Source: Heteronotia binoei
Taxonomy: Eukaryota
Assembly: GCF_032191835.1 (NCBI RefSeq)
Contig: NC_083235.1
Coordinates: forward strand, 15,562,001-15,626,000
DNA length: 64,000 bases
Reading direction: 5' to 3'
The notes beneath the pieces were generated by a model. The model did not search any database and had not been told where the DNA came from. It worked only from the letters and a program-made list of their open reading frames with translations. The translations under genes and the position numbers were made by a program. Below are positions 1 through 11,477 of this stretch, in pieces. Position 1 is the first letter of the stretch. Each line of letters opens with the position of its first letter.

Positions 1-405
1 GGTCACTATGTAGAGGCAGACAAACCACCTCTGTTTGTCTCTGCCCTACCTTGGATGGCTCAGACTAGCTTGAACTTGTCAGTTTTCCAAAGCTAAGCAG
101 GGCTGGCTCTGTTTGGACCGGGATGGGAGACCACCAAATAAGTCCAAGGTTCCTATGCAGAGACAGGCCATGGCAAACTACCTCTCTCTACCCTGTCCTG
201 GATAGCAAAGGCTAGCCTGATCTCGTCAGGTCTTGGAAGGTGAGCTGGGTCGACTGTGGCTGATACATGGATGGAAGACCACCAAGGAAGTCCAGGGTTC
301 CTATGCAGAGGCAGGCAATAGCAAACCACCTCTGTTCATCTCTTGCCTTGAAAAGTCTATGGGTTTGCTGAAAGCCGGCTGTGACTTGATGGCACTTTGC
401 ACCAC
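1..405 (+). mobile_element. Tandem 5S rRNA-derived SINE copies (5S-Sauria-like): tail of one copy plus two further copies
   Basis: Contains degenerate 5S internal segments (gctaagcagggctggctc...ggatgggagaccacc; gcctgatctcgtcaggtcttggaag). Each is followed by the tail ctatgcagaggcaggc...gcaaaccacctct, which occurs three times. Confidence 0.7.
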
Positions 406-446
406 CATCACCACCTCCACCTCCATCTCCACCAAAGGGTTCTACC

Positions 447-618
447 CAGGGGTAGAATTCTAGCAGGAGCTCCGTTGCATATTAGGTCACACACCCCTGA
501 TGTAGCCAATCCTCCAAGAGCTTACAAAAAAGAACCTTGTAAGCTCTTGGAGGATTGGCTACATCAGGGGGTGTGTGGTCTAGTATGCAAAGGAGCTCCT
601 GCTAGAATTCCACCCCTG
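447..618. mobile_element. Palindromic hAT-type MITE (CAGGG...CCCTG family)
   Basis: The whole element is an inverted repeat, with a perfect 8-bp TSD GTTCTACC at 439-446 and 619-626. Confidence 0.9.
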
Positions 619-851
619 GTTCTACCATCAAATGAGCCTACTGAGGTCTCCTTTCCTTTGTCCGAATGCTACTTAATGTGCTCTTTACAAAGGACAACCT
701 TTTAAAACTGTCTGATGACAAGACAAAATTTGCAACCACATTGGTGACTTTGTGGGTTCTTTGTGTTGATTAAGGAGACTGGAGAGAGTTACGGCAAAGG
801 AGTTCTTTAGCTCTAGGTGAGCTAAGGGTAACATCTGGAGATGCTATAGTG

Positions 852-1095
852 CAGGGGTGGCCAAACTTGCTTAATGTAAGAGCCTCGCAGAATAAATATC
901 AGATGTTTGAGAGCCACAAGACATGAACATTAGATGTTTGAGAGCTGCAAGGAAGGAAAATAGGATATAAATTTGGGGGGAGAGAGTGGTGGAAAAAAGC
1001 AACTTTACTTTAAATGCATTCTCCATCTGGCTTGGCTTGGAGAAGTGATTTAAAGAGACAAATGCCTTCTCCAAGTCAACCAATGGGGCAGTTAA
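852..1095 (+). mobile_element. Non-autonomous hAT-like DNA transposon fragment
   Basis: Starts with the TIR-like caggggtggccaaac. The right end is not resolved. Confidence 0.5.
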
Positions 1096-1285
1096 AACAG
1101 AGGATACCAGTTTATTTTCTTGGTGGTCTGTTATAGCCCTCCCTCATTGCCTTTCTATATTTCTAGGCAGGGAAACCAAGGACATTGTCGGACACTAGAG
1201 CAGGACAGGAGAATCGTATTTCTTTGCATCAGAACTCATTGGTATAGTTGGTTAATATAGAAGAGTTTTGCCCAGTCCCAGAAGT

Positions 1286-1660
1286 GTAATACTGAGTGCA
1301 GTAAATAAATCTCCCAAGAGGTATATTTCAGAAAGGTACGTTTATTCAAGTAGATCCAGTTCACATCCAGCTTGTAAAGAAAGGAAGAGAAAGAATCCTA
1401 AGTTAAGAGTACTTTCTTTATCACAAACGGCCAGCTTGTCTGGCATCATGTGTGTGGGAGTATGAGGGTGCTGTCTCTACAAGAGAGACCTGCAGAGATG
1501 TGAGTCTCCAACGGAAGGCCATGTGAAGGCAGAGTGAGAGGACAAAGGGAGACAGAGGAGGGGGGGGGGAATCAGAGGGCAGCTCCCAGGTTAAGTCAAA
1601 GATAGGCATTCCATTCAAGGAGATAACACCTATATACACTTACATACTAGAATCCCTCCC
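1286..1660 (-). mobile_element. LTR-like repeat, homologous to 25240-25548
   Basis: The minus strand reads aagtgtatataggtgttatctccttgaatgg...gatgtgaactggatctacttgaataaa. It matches the + copy at 25.25 kb and has TATA-like and AATAAA signals. Confidence 0.5.
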
Positions 1661-1904
1661 CAATGTCCAGGCTTGCTCAGTTGCTCACTCCTTTGTCTAG
1701 AAAATGTGCACGCCACCTCTCTCAAGACCTGCTATGAGAACTTCACAACTAAAATAAAATTACACAGCCATCAAAACTAACTTTTTTAAACATCAGAAAA
1801 ACTATCACTCCTTATATAACCACCATCTTTCCCCTTCTGCCAGACGACACAGGGTAGTGGTATCGTTTGTGCGGCACGTTGGAAGAAATGTGCAAAGTTT
1901 CAGA

Positions 1905-2010
1905 GGGTAGCCTTGTTGGTTGGCAACAGAGAAGCTAAATTTGTGCCCAGTAGAACCTAAGAGACCAACAAGATTTTTGGGGCATGAGTTTTCAAGGGTC
2001 AAAAATCACC
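1905..2010 (-). mobile_element. Penelope-like element terminal fragment
   Basis: The minus strand reads ttgttggtctcttaggttctactggg...caacaaggctaccc, the same terminus type as 23473-23535 and 24361-24390. Confidence 0.5.
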
Positions 2011-2350
2011 CCTTGCAGCTCCTTTACAGCTGCAGGGAACCTGATCCAAGTCCCCTCCCGAGTCTGTTTGTTTCAACAGTTATGTGTTGGGGAGAGGGCA
2101 GTGATTCATGTAGACAGTTATGTATCCAGAATGTTGGGTCAGTATCCTAGAAGGAGGAGGTGGTAGAGAACAGGAAAAGCACGTTTTGCTGTGCTGTGTA
2201 GTGTAGTGATTAAGAGTGGCAGACTCTAACCTGGAGAACTGGGTTTGATCCCACCACTTCTCCACATGAAGCCTGCTGGGTGACTGTGGGTCAGTCAAAG
2301 CTCTCTCGGAACTCTCTCAGCTCCACCTGCCTCACAAGATACCTGTTGTG

Positions 2351-2860
2351 AGGTCCATCAGTGGCTATTAAAAGAGGACCGAAGACCAGCAATTTATACC
2401 CCGCCCTTCTCTCTGAATCAGAGTCTCAGAGCAGCTTACAATCTCCTTTATCTCCTTCCCCCACAACAGACACCCTGTGAAGTGGGTGGGACAGAGAGAG
2501 CTCTTCTAGAAGCTGCCCTTTCAAGGACAACTCCTACAAGAGCTATGGCTAACCCAAGGCCATTCCAGCAGGTGCAAGTAGAGGAGTGGGGAATCAAACC
2601 CGGTTCTCCCAGATAAGAGTCTGCGCACTTAACCACTACACCAAACTGGCTCTCTTAGCCATAGGGTATTGATGCAACTCTGTCTGGGGCAGTGATGCTC
2701 TGTATTTTTGGGGCTTGGGGGGGGGCAACAGTGGAAAGGATTCTAGTGTCCTGGCCCCACTGATGGACCTCCTGATGGCACCTGGATTTTTTGGCCACTG
2801 TGTGACACAGAGTGTTGGACTGGATGGGCTATTGATCCAACGTGGCTTCTCCTAAATTCT
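2351..2860 (+). mobile_element. CR1 LINE 3' end, itself interrupted by a SINE
   Basis: Reads aggtccatcagtggctatta|...|ttagccatagg...ggccactgtgtgacacagagtgttggactggatggg...atccaacgtggcttct, the same 3' end as other CR1 copies in the window. Confidence 0.75.
2381..2654 (-). mobile_element. MIR-like SINE (Squam3-like)
   Basis: Reverse-complement full copy, ending cttaaccactacaccaaactggctctc. Confidence 0.85.
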
Positions 2861-3103
2861 TTGTGGGGAGAGGAAGGGAAGGTGATTGTTAGCTACTCTG
2901 AGACTCCTTAGGGTAGAGAAAAATGGGGTATAAAAACCTCCTCCTCCTCTTCTTCTTTGCTCAAAATTGCATGATTTTTCTGGGCACATCAGTTTCTACT
3001 ACCCAGAATGGATAACTAGATGGTGGTGGGAGGATCATGTACCTAGGAATTGATAAGGCTTCTCATTTTCTTATGTTTTTTATCCATCACCAGTGTCGGA
3101 CTG

Positions 3104-4039
3104 ATGAATCACAAGAACATCACTCTTGTATCAGAATTCTTGCTCCGTGGCTTCTCATCCAACCCAGAGGTTGAAAAACTTCTCTTCCCATTTTTCCTCT
3201 CCATGTATCTCCTCACCCTCCTGGGGAACATAACGATAATCTTGTTGATCCGCTCTGATACGCAGCTCCGCCAGACCCCCATGTACTTCTTCCTCAGCCA
3301 CCTCGCAGTAGCTGATTTGGCTTTTGCCAGCACCGTCACCCCCAAGGTACTTGAGAATATAATCTCCCGAAAGAAGACCATCTCCTACTATGGCTGCTTG
3401 GCCCAGATGTTTGCAAACATACATATCGGCAATGCAGATAGCTACCTTTTGGCTTCCATGGCCTATGACCGCTACGTGGCCATCTGCTGCCCACTGAACT
3501 ATTCCACCATCATGAGCCACAAACGTTGCCTCCAATTGGCCACAACATCCTGGACGATCACCATGTTCCACGCCACACTTTATACCTTTTTGATGTCCCG
3601 CGTTGAATTCTGCGACCCTGGGGAAATCCCTCATTTTTACTGTGACCTTTATCCGATTCTGGATATCTCTTGCTCTGACAGCAAAGTCATAGATCTAGTC
3701 TTGCTGACTGAGGGGGTGGTGGAGATTTTGGGGCCCTTTGTTCTCATTATCATTTCCTATATGTTCATCTTCTACACCATCATAAGGATCCCATCGGCCA
3801 CTGGGAAGCGCAAGGCCTTCTCCACATGCGGATCCCACATTTGTGTGGTGGTCATGTACTTTGGTGGTATCAGCTTTGTTTATTTCAAACCAAATTCTAA
3901 TCTTGCAGAACGCCAAGATACCTGGGCCGCTATGGTATATACCATGGTCAACCCCATGGTCAACCCCTTCATCTACACCCTCAGGAACAGTGAGATGAAG
4001 GCAGCCCTGAAAAGAGTAATTAAGAAGCATTTTTGTTAA
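3104..4039 (+). CDS. Olfactory receptor, class II OR1-like, intact, 311 aa (called OR-A here)
   Basis: Has the OR motifs LQTPMYFFLSHL-like, MAYDRYVAIC, KAFSTCGSH, PMVNPFIYTLRN and an N-terminal NIT sequon. The ATG at 3104 follows the acceptor caccAG (3092-3093). The ORF-track start at 3050 lies in the intron. Confidence 0.95.
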   Translation: MNHKNITLVSEFLLRGFSSNPEVEKLLFPFFLSMYLLTLLGNITIILLIRSDTQLRQTPMYFFLSHLAVADLAFASTVTPKVLENIISRKKTISYYGCLAQMFANIHIGNADSYLLASMAYDRYVAICCPLNYSTIMSHKRCLQLATTSWTITMFHATLYTFLMSRVEFCDPGEIPHFYCDLYPILDISCSDSKVIDLVLLTEGVVEILGPFVLIIISYMFIFYTIIRIPSATGKRKAFSTCGSHICVVVMYFGGISFVYFKPNSNLAERQDTWAAMVYTMVNPMVNPFIYTLRNSEMKAALKRVIKKHFC

Positions 4040-4091
4040 CCTTGATGGGCCATGCTAGAGGTATCTGGAAATTTCTGAAGTATCTCAGGGG

Positions 4092-5190
4092 TTGGTGTAT
4101 AGTACTGTGGAATACAGTGTTTCAGTGTGGTTCAAGAGCACCCATGTCCACAAACTTTGTGTCCAACTCAACACAACAATGAGAACCATTAGTGGATGTA
4201 TTAAACCCACTCCAACCTATTGGCTACCCACGTTGTGCCACATCACTCCCCCTCATCTCCAAAGACATAAGAACATAAGAGAAGTTATGTTGGATCAAGC
4301 CAATGGCCCATCCAGTCCAACACTCTGTGTCACACAGTGACCCAAAAGACCAGGCACCATCAGGAAGTCCATCAGTGGGACTAGAAGCCCTCCCACTGTG
4401 CCCCCACCCCAAGCACCAAGAATACAGAGCATCACTTGCCCCAGACTGAGATTTACAACAATACACTGTGGCTAAGAGCCACTGATGGACCTCTGCTCCA
4501 TATGCTTATCCAATCCCCTCTTTAAGCCGTCTATGCATGCAGCCATCGCCGCCTTCTGTGGCAGTGAATTCCAGGTGTTAATCACCCTTTGGGTGAAGAA
4601 GTACTTCCTTTTCTCTGTTGTAAAGGATAAAAAAAGATGCTCTTCTTCATGAATATAGAAAGTTCATCGAAAACAGAGAGTTTTCCAAAACACAAAGACA
4701 TGGCTGATGCCGACCTATCCAGACTAAGATCCCGACACTCACCCGTAAGATCTGCCCGAATCCTGCAATCACAAAATTTCATTCTAGGGGATGCATGGTT
4801 GTGAACGTTGATGCGATCAGTTCCCTCTGATATCCATAACCTGATAAACAAACACCAATGAGAGGCCTGCAGGTTTTGATTTGCCACATAAAGTATGGAA
4901 GACGGCTAACAGAATACGAACAGGCTTTGGCAGTTGTGCAGACCTGCTGTTTAAATGGGGCAAAGTACCAGGACATGAATGCGATTGCAGGGCAGCCCAC
5001 CAAACTAATTTCTGTCTGTCACTGGAATGCGAGCATTGTGCTTTCCGGAGAGAGGAGATGGAGCTCTTTGAATTCTCTCCAGATGTGACTGAGTGGATTG
5101 AAAATCTAGATACTAGAATTTAGGGAGACTGTCCAACTAGTCTGCTTACTTGTATCAACTTGGTTACATATTTTATATTCTTATATACTT
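4092..5190 (+). mobile_element. Vingi/Ingi-like (I-group) LINE 3' fragment, degraded and interrupted by CR1
   Basis: Translates to YSTVEYSVSVW..QLNTTMRTISGCIKPTPTYWLPTLCHITPPHLQR | KDALLHEY ... KVWKTANRIRTGFGSCADLLFKWGK..CDC ... EWIENLDTRI*. Confidence 0.7.
4264..4619 (-). mobile_element. CR1 LINE 3' end
   Basis: Reads acataagaacataagagaag...ggccaatggcccatccagtccaacactctgtgtcacacagtg, the reverse of the CR1 tail. Confidence 0.85.
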
Positions 5191-5466
5191 CCAGTATGAT
5201 GTAGTGGTTAAGTGTGCGGACTCTTATCCGGGAGAACTGGGTTTGATTCCCCACTCCTCCACTTGCAGCTGCTAGCATGGCCTTGGGTCAGCCATAGCTC
5301 TGGCAGAGGTTGTCCTTGAAAGGGCAGCTGCTGTGAGAGTCCTCTCCAGCCCCACTCACCTCACAGGGTGTCTGTTGTGGGGGAGGAAGGTAAAGGAGAT
5401 TGTGAGCCACTCTGAGACTCTTCAGAGTGGAGGGCGGGATATAAATCCAATATCTTCTTCTTCTTC
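5191..5466 (+). mobile_element. MIR-like SINE (Squam3-like)
   Basis: Has A-box and B-box-like head (gtagtggttaag, ggtttgattccc) and a (TTC)n tail. Confidence 0.85.
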
Positions 5467-5802
5467 CTATGTGTAACTCCGCCATACTCTAAATAATATA
5501 ACCAAAGGCTGTATCTTCCGACGTTGCTCCCCTCCCTATTTTACACACCCCACCAACCCTCTTAACCTAGATCTTCAATACTGGTTATGTATTTTTTAAA
5601 TGCAAGGGAAATATTGACTAAAGATTCAATGTGATTTATATTTGCTTAAAATGTTTTCAATGGGTTGCTATTGAACACGAAATAAACTAATATATATATC
5701 TATTTACTATCCACTGAAATAATAGCTTCGCTTCACTTAGTTTGCATGACGACACACAGACCCAGGTTCAGTGGCATCAGTTACAACAGCATGACCACTC
5801 AG

Positions 5803-6264
5803 CAGGGGTATTTTGTAGAAAAATAGGTGGCAGAGCTCATTAGCATAACTCATTAGCATATGCCGCCCCCTCCCCAGCCAAAAGCAATCCGATGCAAGAA
5901 AGGAGAGCCCTGGGCCAGCGAGGCCTGCTTGGACTGGCAAGAGATCCAGCCAACCCAAGCAGGCCTTGCTCACCTGGGGCTCTCTTTGCCCCCCCTAGTC
6001 AAAAGGCCAGCAAGCTACCTGCTGCCCAAAATCACAAAAGAAGTGGAGAAAGGATGGCACGGGCTTCTCCAGAGGTTAATGAGGGCTGCTGTGGGTGTGG
6101 CAAAGCCCCTGGTGGCTGGCTCACTGTCCACTCTCCTAATCTAGGGATTGTGATGCAGCTGCACCTCCTATTCAATGGACAAGGTAGGTGGGGAGGAAGA
6201 GGGGGAACCCTCAGAAAGGTTCAGGAGCTGTGCTCCTGTGAGCTCCTCCTGAATCTGAGGCCCG
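5803..6264 (+). mobile_element. Non-autonomous hAT-like element, same family as 22076-22517
   Basis: Colinear with 22076-22517. Imperfect 8-bp TSD ccactcag/ctgctcag. Confidence 0.75.
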
Positions 6265-6458
6265 CTGCTCAGACAGCTTCTATACTGCTATACGTTCCTC
6301 TGTCCCTTGTTTCCAGTATTATGTCTGGACTCCTTCCTTAATTCCACCTTTCATCCCTGTCGCCAAAAAAAGCCCAAAACAAAACACTAAATTAAGTGGG
6401 GAGTCACTTCTCAAGTTCAGTGTCACACAGCCAGGGCCGTTGCTAGGGTTGCCAATCT

Positions 6459-8204
6459 CTTTATGAACAAACTTGAGACGGAAAAAATTTTCAATGAAAA
6501 TTGCAATCCTCTTTTGAAAGAGATATTTTTTTTACCAGATTTATAGATGATTGCTTCTTTGTGATAAGACACACAAAATATGCAGCAGAGCTCATGAAGT
6601 GGATGAGCACAATGCATGACAAGGTGGAATTTACTTACCAGGAAAGCACTAATGATGTACCTTTTTTAGATACAGTTGTGAACAAAACTACTGAGAATAA
6701 GTTGGCAACTAAAACCTACAGAAAGCCAACAGATAGGAATGCTTTTTTACAGTATTCATCATTCATCCATGTGCTTTGAAAAAGAATATACCATATGGCC
6801 AGTTTGTAAGGTTGAGAAGAAATAGTACCCTAATGTCTGCTTATCTTGAGGATAGTGATAAGTTGGCATCTCATTTTGTTGGTAGAGGCTATCCAGAAAA
6901 AGATGTTAGGATGGCTAGAAAAAGGGCTGCTAATCTAGATAGAACACAGTTACTAAAACAGAATCCCAGGATGAGAAATACTAGATTACAATGGGAACTA
7001 GAATTTAGCAGACTATCTAGCAGAATTTGTAATGTGGTAAGGAAGCATTGGCACATTGTAAGTGATACTGGAGGTTGTGAAATGCCACCACAAATAGAAT
7101 TGCGTCGCACTTATTCCATTAGGGATAAAATGGTAAGATCTAGAGAATACCATTCGGTCACTCATACTCTTAAAGGGCACTTTGCTTGTAAAAGGTGTAC
7201 AATTTGTCATTTATCTATGAATGTCAAAGAGTATTATTTTGCTGAAAAGACTAGACCATTTTGTTCTGAATCATTACTCTACATGTGCTACCCGCTGTGT
7301 TGTGTATTTGATCATCTGTGGGTGTGGCCTAAGGTATGTTGGCAGCACTACTCGAGCCCTTAGAGTACGTATTCTGGAACACAGGAGCAGACTTAGGAAC
7401 CATGTGATTGAAGCTCCTATGGTCAGCCATTTTATGCAAGAGAATCATGACTGTGAAGATTTTTTTTTTTTCACCTTATACAAATATGAACAAACAGATA
7501 GAAATGTTGACGTGCACAAGATCCTGCTGCAGAAAGAGGCATACTGGATACACCAGTTGAATTGCATTTCTCCATATGGACTGAATATGACCAACGATTT
7601 GACATGTTTTTTTATGAATGGTCTTCTTTATAATATTATGAGTGCTGTGCATAATTTGCCTGAATAATTATAGGATTTTATATTCTTTGTATGGAATATT
7701 TTCTATGTTGTATCTGCTGTGATATAGTTTGTGTCTTTTAGCATGTTGCATTAGAAATATGTTACTTTACCTTTAAGAGGTTTGTGTAATGGCAGCTGTA
7801 AATGAGATGTTTGCCTTTTTAAACATGTTAGTTGCACCATTAGGGTGCGCAAGAAGCCACATACTGAGCTGTAGCCGATGTGAAATTGCTGCTGGAGACG
7901 CTCTGCGTCCCTCTTTTTTGAAAATTGTGTAAAGAATCTATATAATTGAATCAATATGTAAGTATGATATATTTTTTCACTGGAAGAGGGTTGGTGGTGT
8001 CTGAATGTCCTTCTGATATTTTTGTATAATATTTTCTTTTGTTAGTGGTCCCAGGTCTGATGAAGACTGGAAAGAAACAAGTACTTAATCGATTGGCTTG
8101 TCACCACACTACTTTGGGACTTGAATGTACATGTTTTGGACATTTGGACTGGTTTCTATATACTTCTTAGTAAATTGGTCACTAGCTTGCATTTTTTGTT
8201 GTGT
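6459..8204 (+). mobile_element. 5'-truncated Penelope-like retroelement (Neptune-type): RT C-terminus plus GIY-YIG endonuclease, frameshifted
   Basis: Three ORF pieces: RFIDDCF..VPFLD..TYRKPTDRN (6501-6779); KKNIPYGQFVRLRRN with a CKRCTIC linker (6776-7363); and VVYLIICGCGLRYVGSTTRALRVRILEH, the GIY-YIG motif (7221-7667). Confidence 0.9.
8048..8120 (+). ncRNA. Candidate type I hammerhead ribozyme in the Penelope 3' region
   Basis: Core CTGATGA (8057-8063) and GAAA (8074-8077). Stem III caag/cttg with a TCGA loop, then GTC (8100-8102). Stem I ggt/acc and gtccca/tgggac. Stem II (agactggaaa) does not pair well. Confidence 0.65.
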
Positions 8205-9024
8205 AATCCCCAGGTGGGGGCAGGATATCCCCTGGTTTTGAGGCCCTCCCCCTGCTTCAGGGTCATCAGAAAGCGGGGTGGGGGGAAAGGAAATGTCTGC
8301 TGGGAACTCTATTATTCCCTATGGAGACTTATTCCCATAGGAAATAATGGAGAATTGATCCACAGGTATCTGGAGCTCTGAGGGAGCTGTAATTTGAAGT
8401 AGAGGCACCAAATTTTTAGTGTAGCATCTAGTGCCTCTTTCAACCCCCCCCCCCAACTTTCAAAAAGATTGGACCAGGGGGTTCAGTTCTATGAGCTCCA
8501 AATAGAGGTGCTCCTATCCTTTATTATTTCCTATAAAGGAAGGCATTTAAAAAGGTGTGCTGTCCCTTTAAATGTGATGGCCAGAACTCCCTTGGAGTTC
8601 AATTATACTTGTCACACCTTTGCTCCTGGCTCCACCCCCAATGTCTCCTGGCTCCACCCCTCAAGTCCCCAGATATTTCTTGAATTGGACTTGGCAACCC
8701 TAGTCAGTGTTAGGCTTTTTGGCACCCTAAGTGAGGCTACCTACTTGCGCCCCCCCCCCCCATGATGGCCTCCAAGCACTCCTCAGTGCACCTGCCCTCC
8801 CCCCCCATTGGCCCCAGGTTCAAGTCCTGCCCAGTCTGGCCTTGGGAGGCTGCTGGGGCAGAAAGTGTTTCCAGGTCAACAGTCCTTTGGCACTCCAGGC
8901 AAAGCCCCTCAGCCAGATGGGGAGGGGCATGGCAGCCTCACCTGCCTGGCTCAGCGAGGACCCAGAGGAAGAGGAGAGAAGTGGCTTCCATGGGATATAA
9001 TGCCACAGAGTCCACCTTCCCAAG

Positions 9025-9584
9025 TGTCACGTTCTCAGGGTGCAGGCAGGCGGGAGTCCAAAGCCAGTCCAAGGTCCAAGTCCAGGAAGTCAACCAGGAG
9101 CCAAGTCACCAAAGCAAAATCACAAACTGTAATCAGAAGTCAGTGTCCAAAAGCCAAAGGGTCAGGGTGCCAAGGAATTCAAGCAGGTCAGGGTCTGAAA
9201 TCAGGAAGGAGTGTGGCTGCAAGCCGGAGAATTGACTTGTTGCTTCCAAAAGGTTACCAGGTCCTGGGTGGGAGATATATTGGAGTCTCAATCAGTCTGC
9301 TCCATGGGTGGCAGCGACTCTGCTAGAACTCAGGGCTGAGAGATCTGAAGCATTGGCATGCCTCATGTCTTCGCTCTGAAAGTTCTTTCTGGAGCCTGCT
9401 TCGAACTCTTGAGATGGGAGGGGGAGAGCTTGGAGGAGATTGATTGTCAACAGCTGACACTGGTACCTGGAATGTGGGGAGAGTGATTGATGGGGCAGCT
9501 GCTGGTTGTTCAGCTGAGGAACTGGCTGGCAACTCTTCCAGGTCTGTTAACCCTTCCAGCTCCCCCTCATCAGGGCTCATGACA
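9025..9584 (-). mobile_element. LTR-like element (560 bp)
   Basis: The minus strand starts TGTCATGA and ends GTGACA. The start matches the LTR at 34119. No TSD found. Confidence 0.45.
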
Positions 9585-10824
9585 CCTGGCAGCTTTTTCT
9601 CCAGGGGAACTGATCTGCGTTGTCTTGAGATCAGCTGTAATAATGGAAGATCTCCAGCTACCACTTGGAGGTTAAGCAGCCAAAGTGAGACATGGATAAA
9701 GGGGCGGGGGCATCCAAAGCAACGCTTCTGTGTACCGGAACGCCTTAAAACGTATCTCTTAAAGCTATAAAGATTCACATACACTTTTAGAACAAATATT
9801 TATAAAGCTTAAACATTGCAATTTACACAAGTGAATGCAACATAAGGGAGAAAGGAACAAAACGTCTAGTAAATTTCTTGCAAAGAGTCTCGCTATTCAA
9901 CCACAAAGTCTTCTCTAGAGAAGGTGCAAATACCAAATTCCCACGATGAAATGCAGTAAAAGACCACCTCTGTAACTCCAAGGAATGGGCGACCTAGGCA
10001 GCTGGCAAGGATTAACATTGTGCGGTGTTGTTCATTCTTTAAATCAATCAGAGCTAAACGAGGTCTCCAGACATTCAGAACCCGTTTTCACCTCCCAGGC
10101 TTTCTCCAAGCTTCAATTGTGACAAGGCACTTCAACAAAGATCCGTAGTTCCAGCTTTTCTTACAGTTCCAAAGTTGGTAACAAGAGGAAGCCGTGGAAA
10201 AGACACATGCAAAGAAACCCGAAGGCTCACAGCTGAAAATTACTGGCAACAATAATTTTACAAAATTGTGAATATAATTATTTAGAAATTCCAAATGTGC
10301 AGAATAAACAATAAAAGCAAGTGCCTCCTCTGCTCCCCGCTAGATCTGGCCCTGCCAGACTCCAGTACATTAGCATTTCAGACCTGTTGAATGGACCATG
10401 GTGAGCGATTGGGTACTTGGTTTGAGCATCCTGACCTAGCCATGGGTCTGTGTAGGCTCTGTCCTCAGCCTCCAGTGCGGCTTCTGTCCTGCAACTACAG
10501 TCCCAGATGTTCTGATGCTGAGCATCCCTGTGCCCTGGCCATGAGGTCAAGTCTTGCCTGCCCCAGCACATTTCTTGCAGGGTGATAAAGTGGGGATACC
10601 CAGTCTGAACTTGCAGTGCCATCACATGTAGGAACCTGGGGGATCCTGGAAGGAATGGCCATACATGTGATGGAACACCCATTTGGGAAGGAAGTCCACT
10701 TTTGCTGTCTTCCATTGGCTCTCGGTTGCCCAGAATGGACCTGAAATTCCCTCTGGATTCCGGTGTCAACTTGATGGTCTCTCAAGCACCACTTCTGGGT
10801 TTGGGCCATGAGTTTTAGCAACAT

Positions 10825-11080
10825 GGAGAGCCAGTTTAGTGTAGTGGTTAAGTGTGTGGGGTCTTATCTGGGAGAACTGGGTTTGATTCCTCACTTCTCC
10901 ACTTGCAGCTGCTGGAATGGTCTTGGGTCAGCCATAGCTCTTGGAAGAGTTTGTTCTTGAAAGGGCAGCTTCTGGGAGAGCTCTCTCAGCCCCACCCACC
11001 TCACAGGGTGTCTATTGTGGGGGGAGGAAGGTAAAGGAGATTGTGAGCTGCTCTGAGACTCTGAGTATAGGGCGGGATAG
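10825..11080 (+). mobile_element. MIR-like SINE (Squam3-like)
   Basis: Reads ggagagccagtttagtgtagtggttaag...gggcgggatag. Confidence 0.85.
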
Positions 11081-11477
11081 AACATAAGAAAATAAGAGAA
11101 GCCATGTTGGATCAGGCCAATGGCCCATCCAGTCCAACACTCTATTTTCTCCATTGGCTGAGGCTCCTCCTTTGGGGAGGAAGGGTGGGTGGGATAGCTT
11201 GCTTTGCAAGGCTCTCTCAATTGCACAGCAGAGTTTCTGAGTTAAGCTTTTCTTCCTTCTATTGGCTGCGGCTCCTCCCCCTCCTGGTCCCCTGGGGAAG
11301 GAAGGAAAGAACCAGAGCTTCCTTTGCCCAGTTCTCTGTATCCCTTGGGAGAAATACAAAGAAAGCACATTTAAGACCAACAAGTGCTAATGTTTTAAGC
11401 TTTTTTTTAAAAAAAAATTAATTTGTCTATCCTTTATAAAGTTTATATGTCTGCAACCTTTATAAAGTTTATATCTC

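Larger units (their letters stand above)
2195..2955 (+). mobile_element. tRNA-derived MIR-like SINE (Squam3-like), split into 2195-2350 and 2861-2955 by nested inserts
   Basis: The head gtgtagtgattaagagtggcagactctaacctggagaac stops at ctgttgtg. The tail resumes at ttgtggggagaggaagggaaggtgattg. Confidence 0.7.
6445..8702 (+). mobile_element. TAGGGTTGCC-TIR DNA transposon derivative, split by the Penelope insertion
   Basis: Left TIR tagggttgccaatc at 6445. The body resumes at aatcccaggtggggg (~8205) and the right TIR ggcaacccta ends at 8702. The same family is at 22850-23371. Confidence 0.7.

Noticed and set aside
3050-3103. N-terminal extensions of OR ORFs in the track (starts 3050, 17963, 29639, 47833)
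   Set aside because: They cross splice acceptors and polypyrimidine tracts and are not conserved among the paralogs. The aligned ATGs are 3104, 18065, 29774 and 47773.
3109-4030. Antisense or alternate-frame ORFs over the OR genes (also at 18.0-19.0, 30.3-30.7, 46.9-47.5 and 54.7-55.9 kb)
   Set aside because: They are shadows of OR codon usage. They recur only because the OR genes are paralogous.
5892-6341. 149-aa ORF, and similar ORFs at 22319-22804 and 8762-9326
   Set aside because: They fall inside non-autonomous transposon or LTR sequence and show no recognisable protein motifs.
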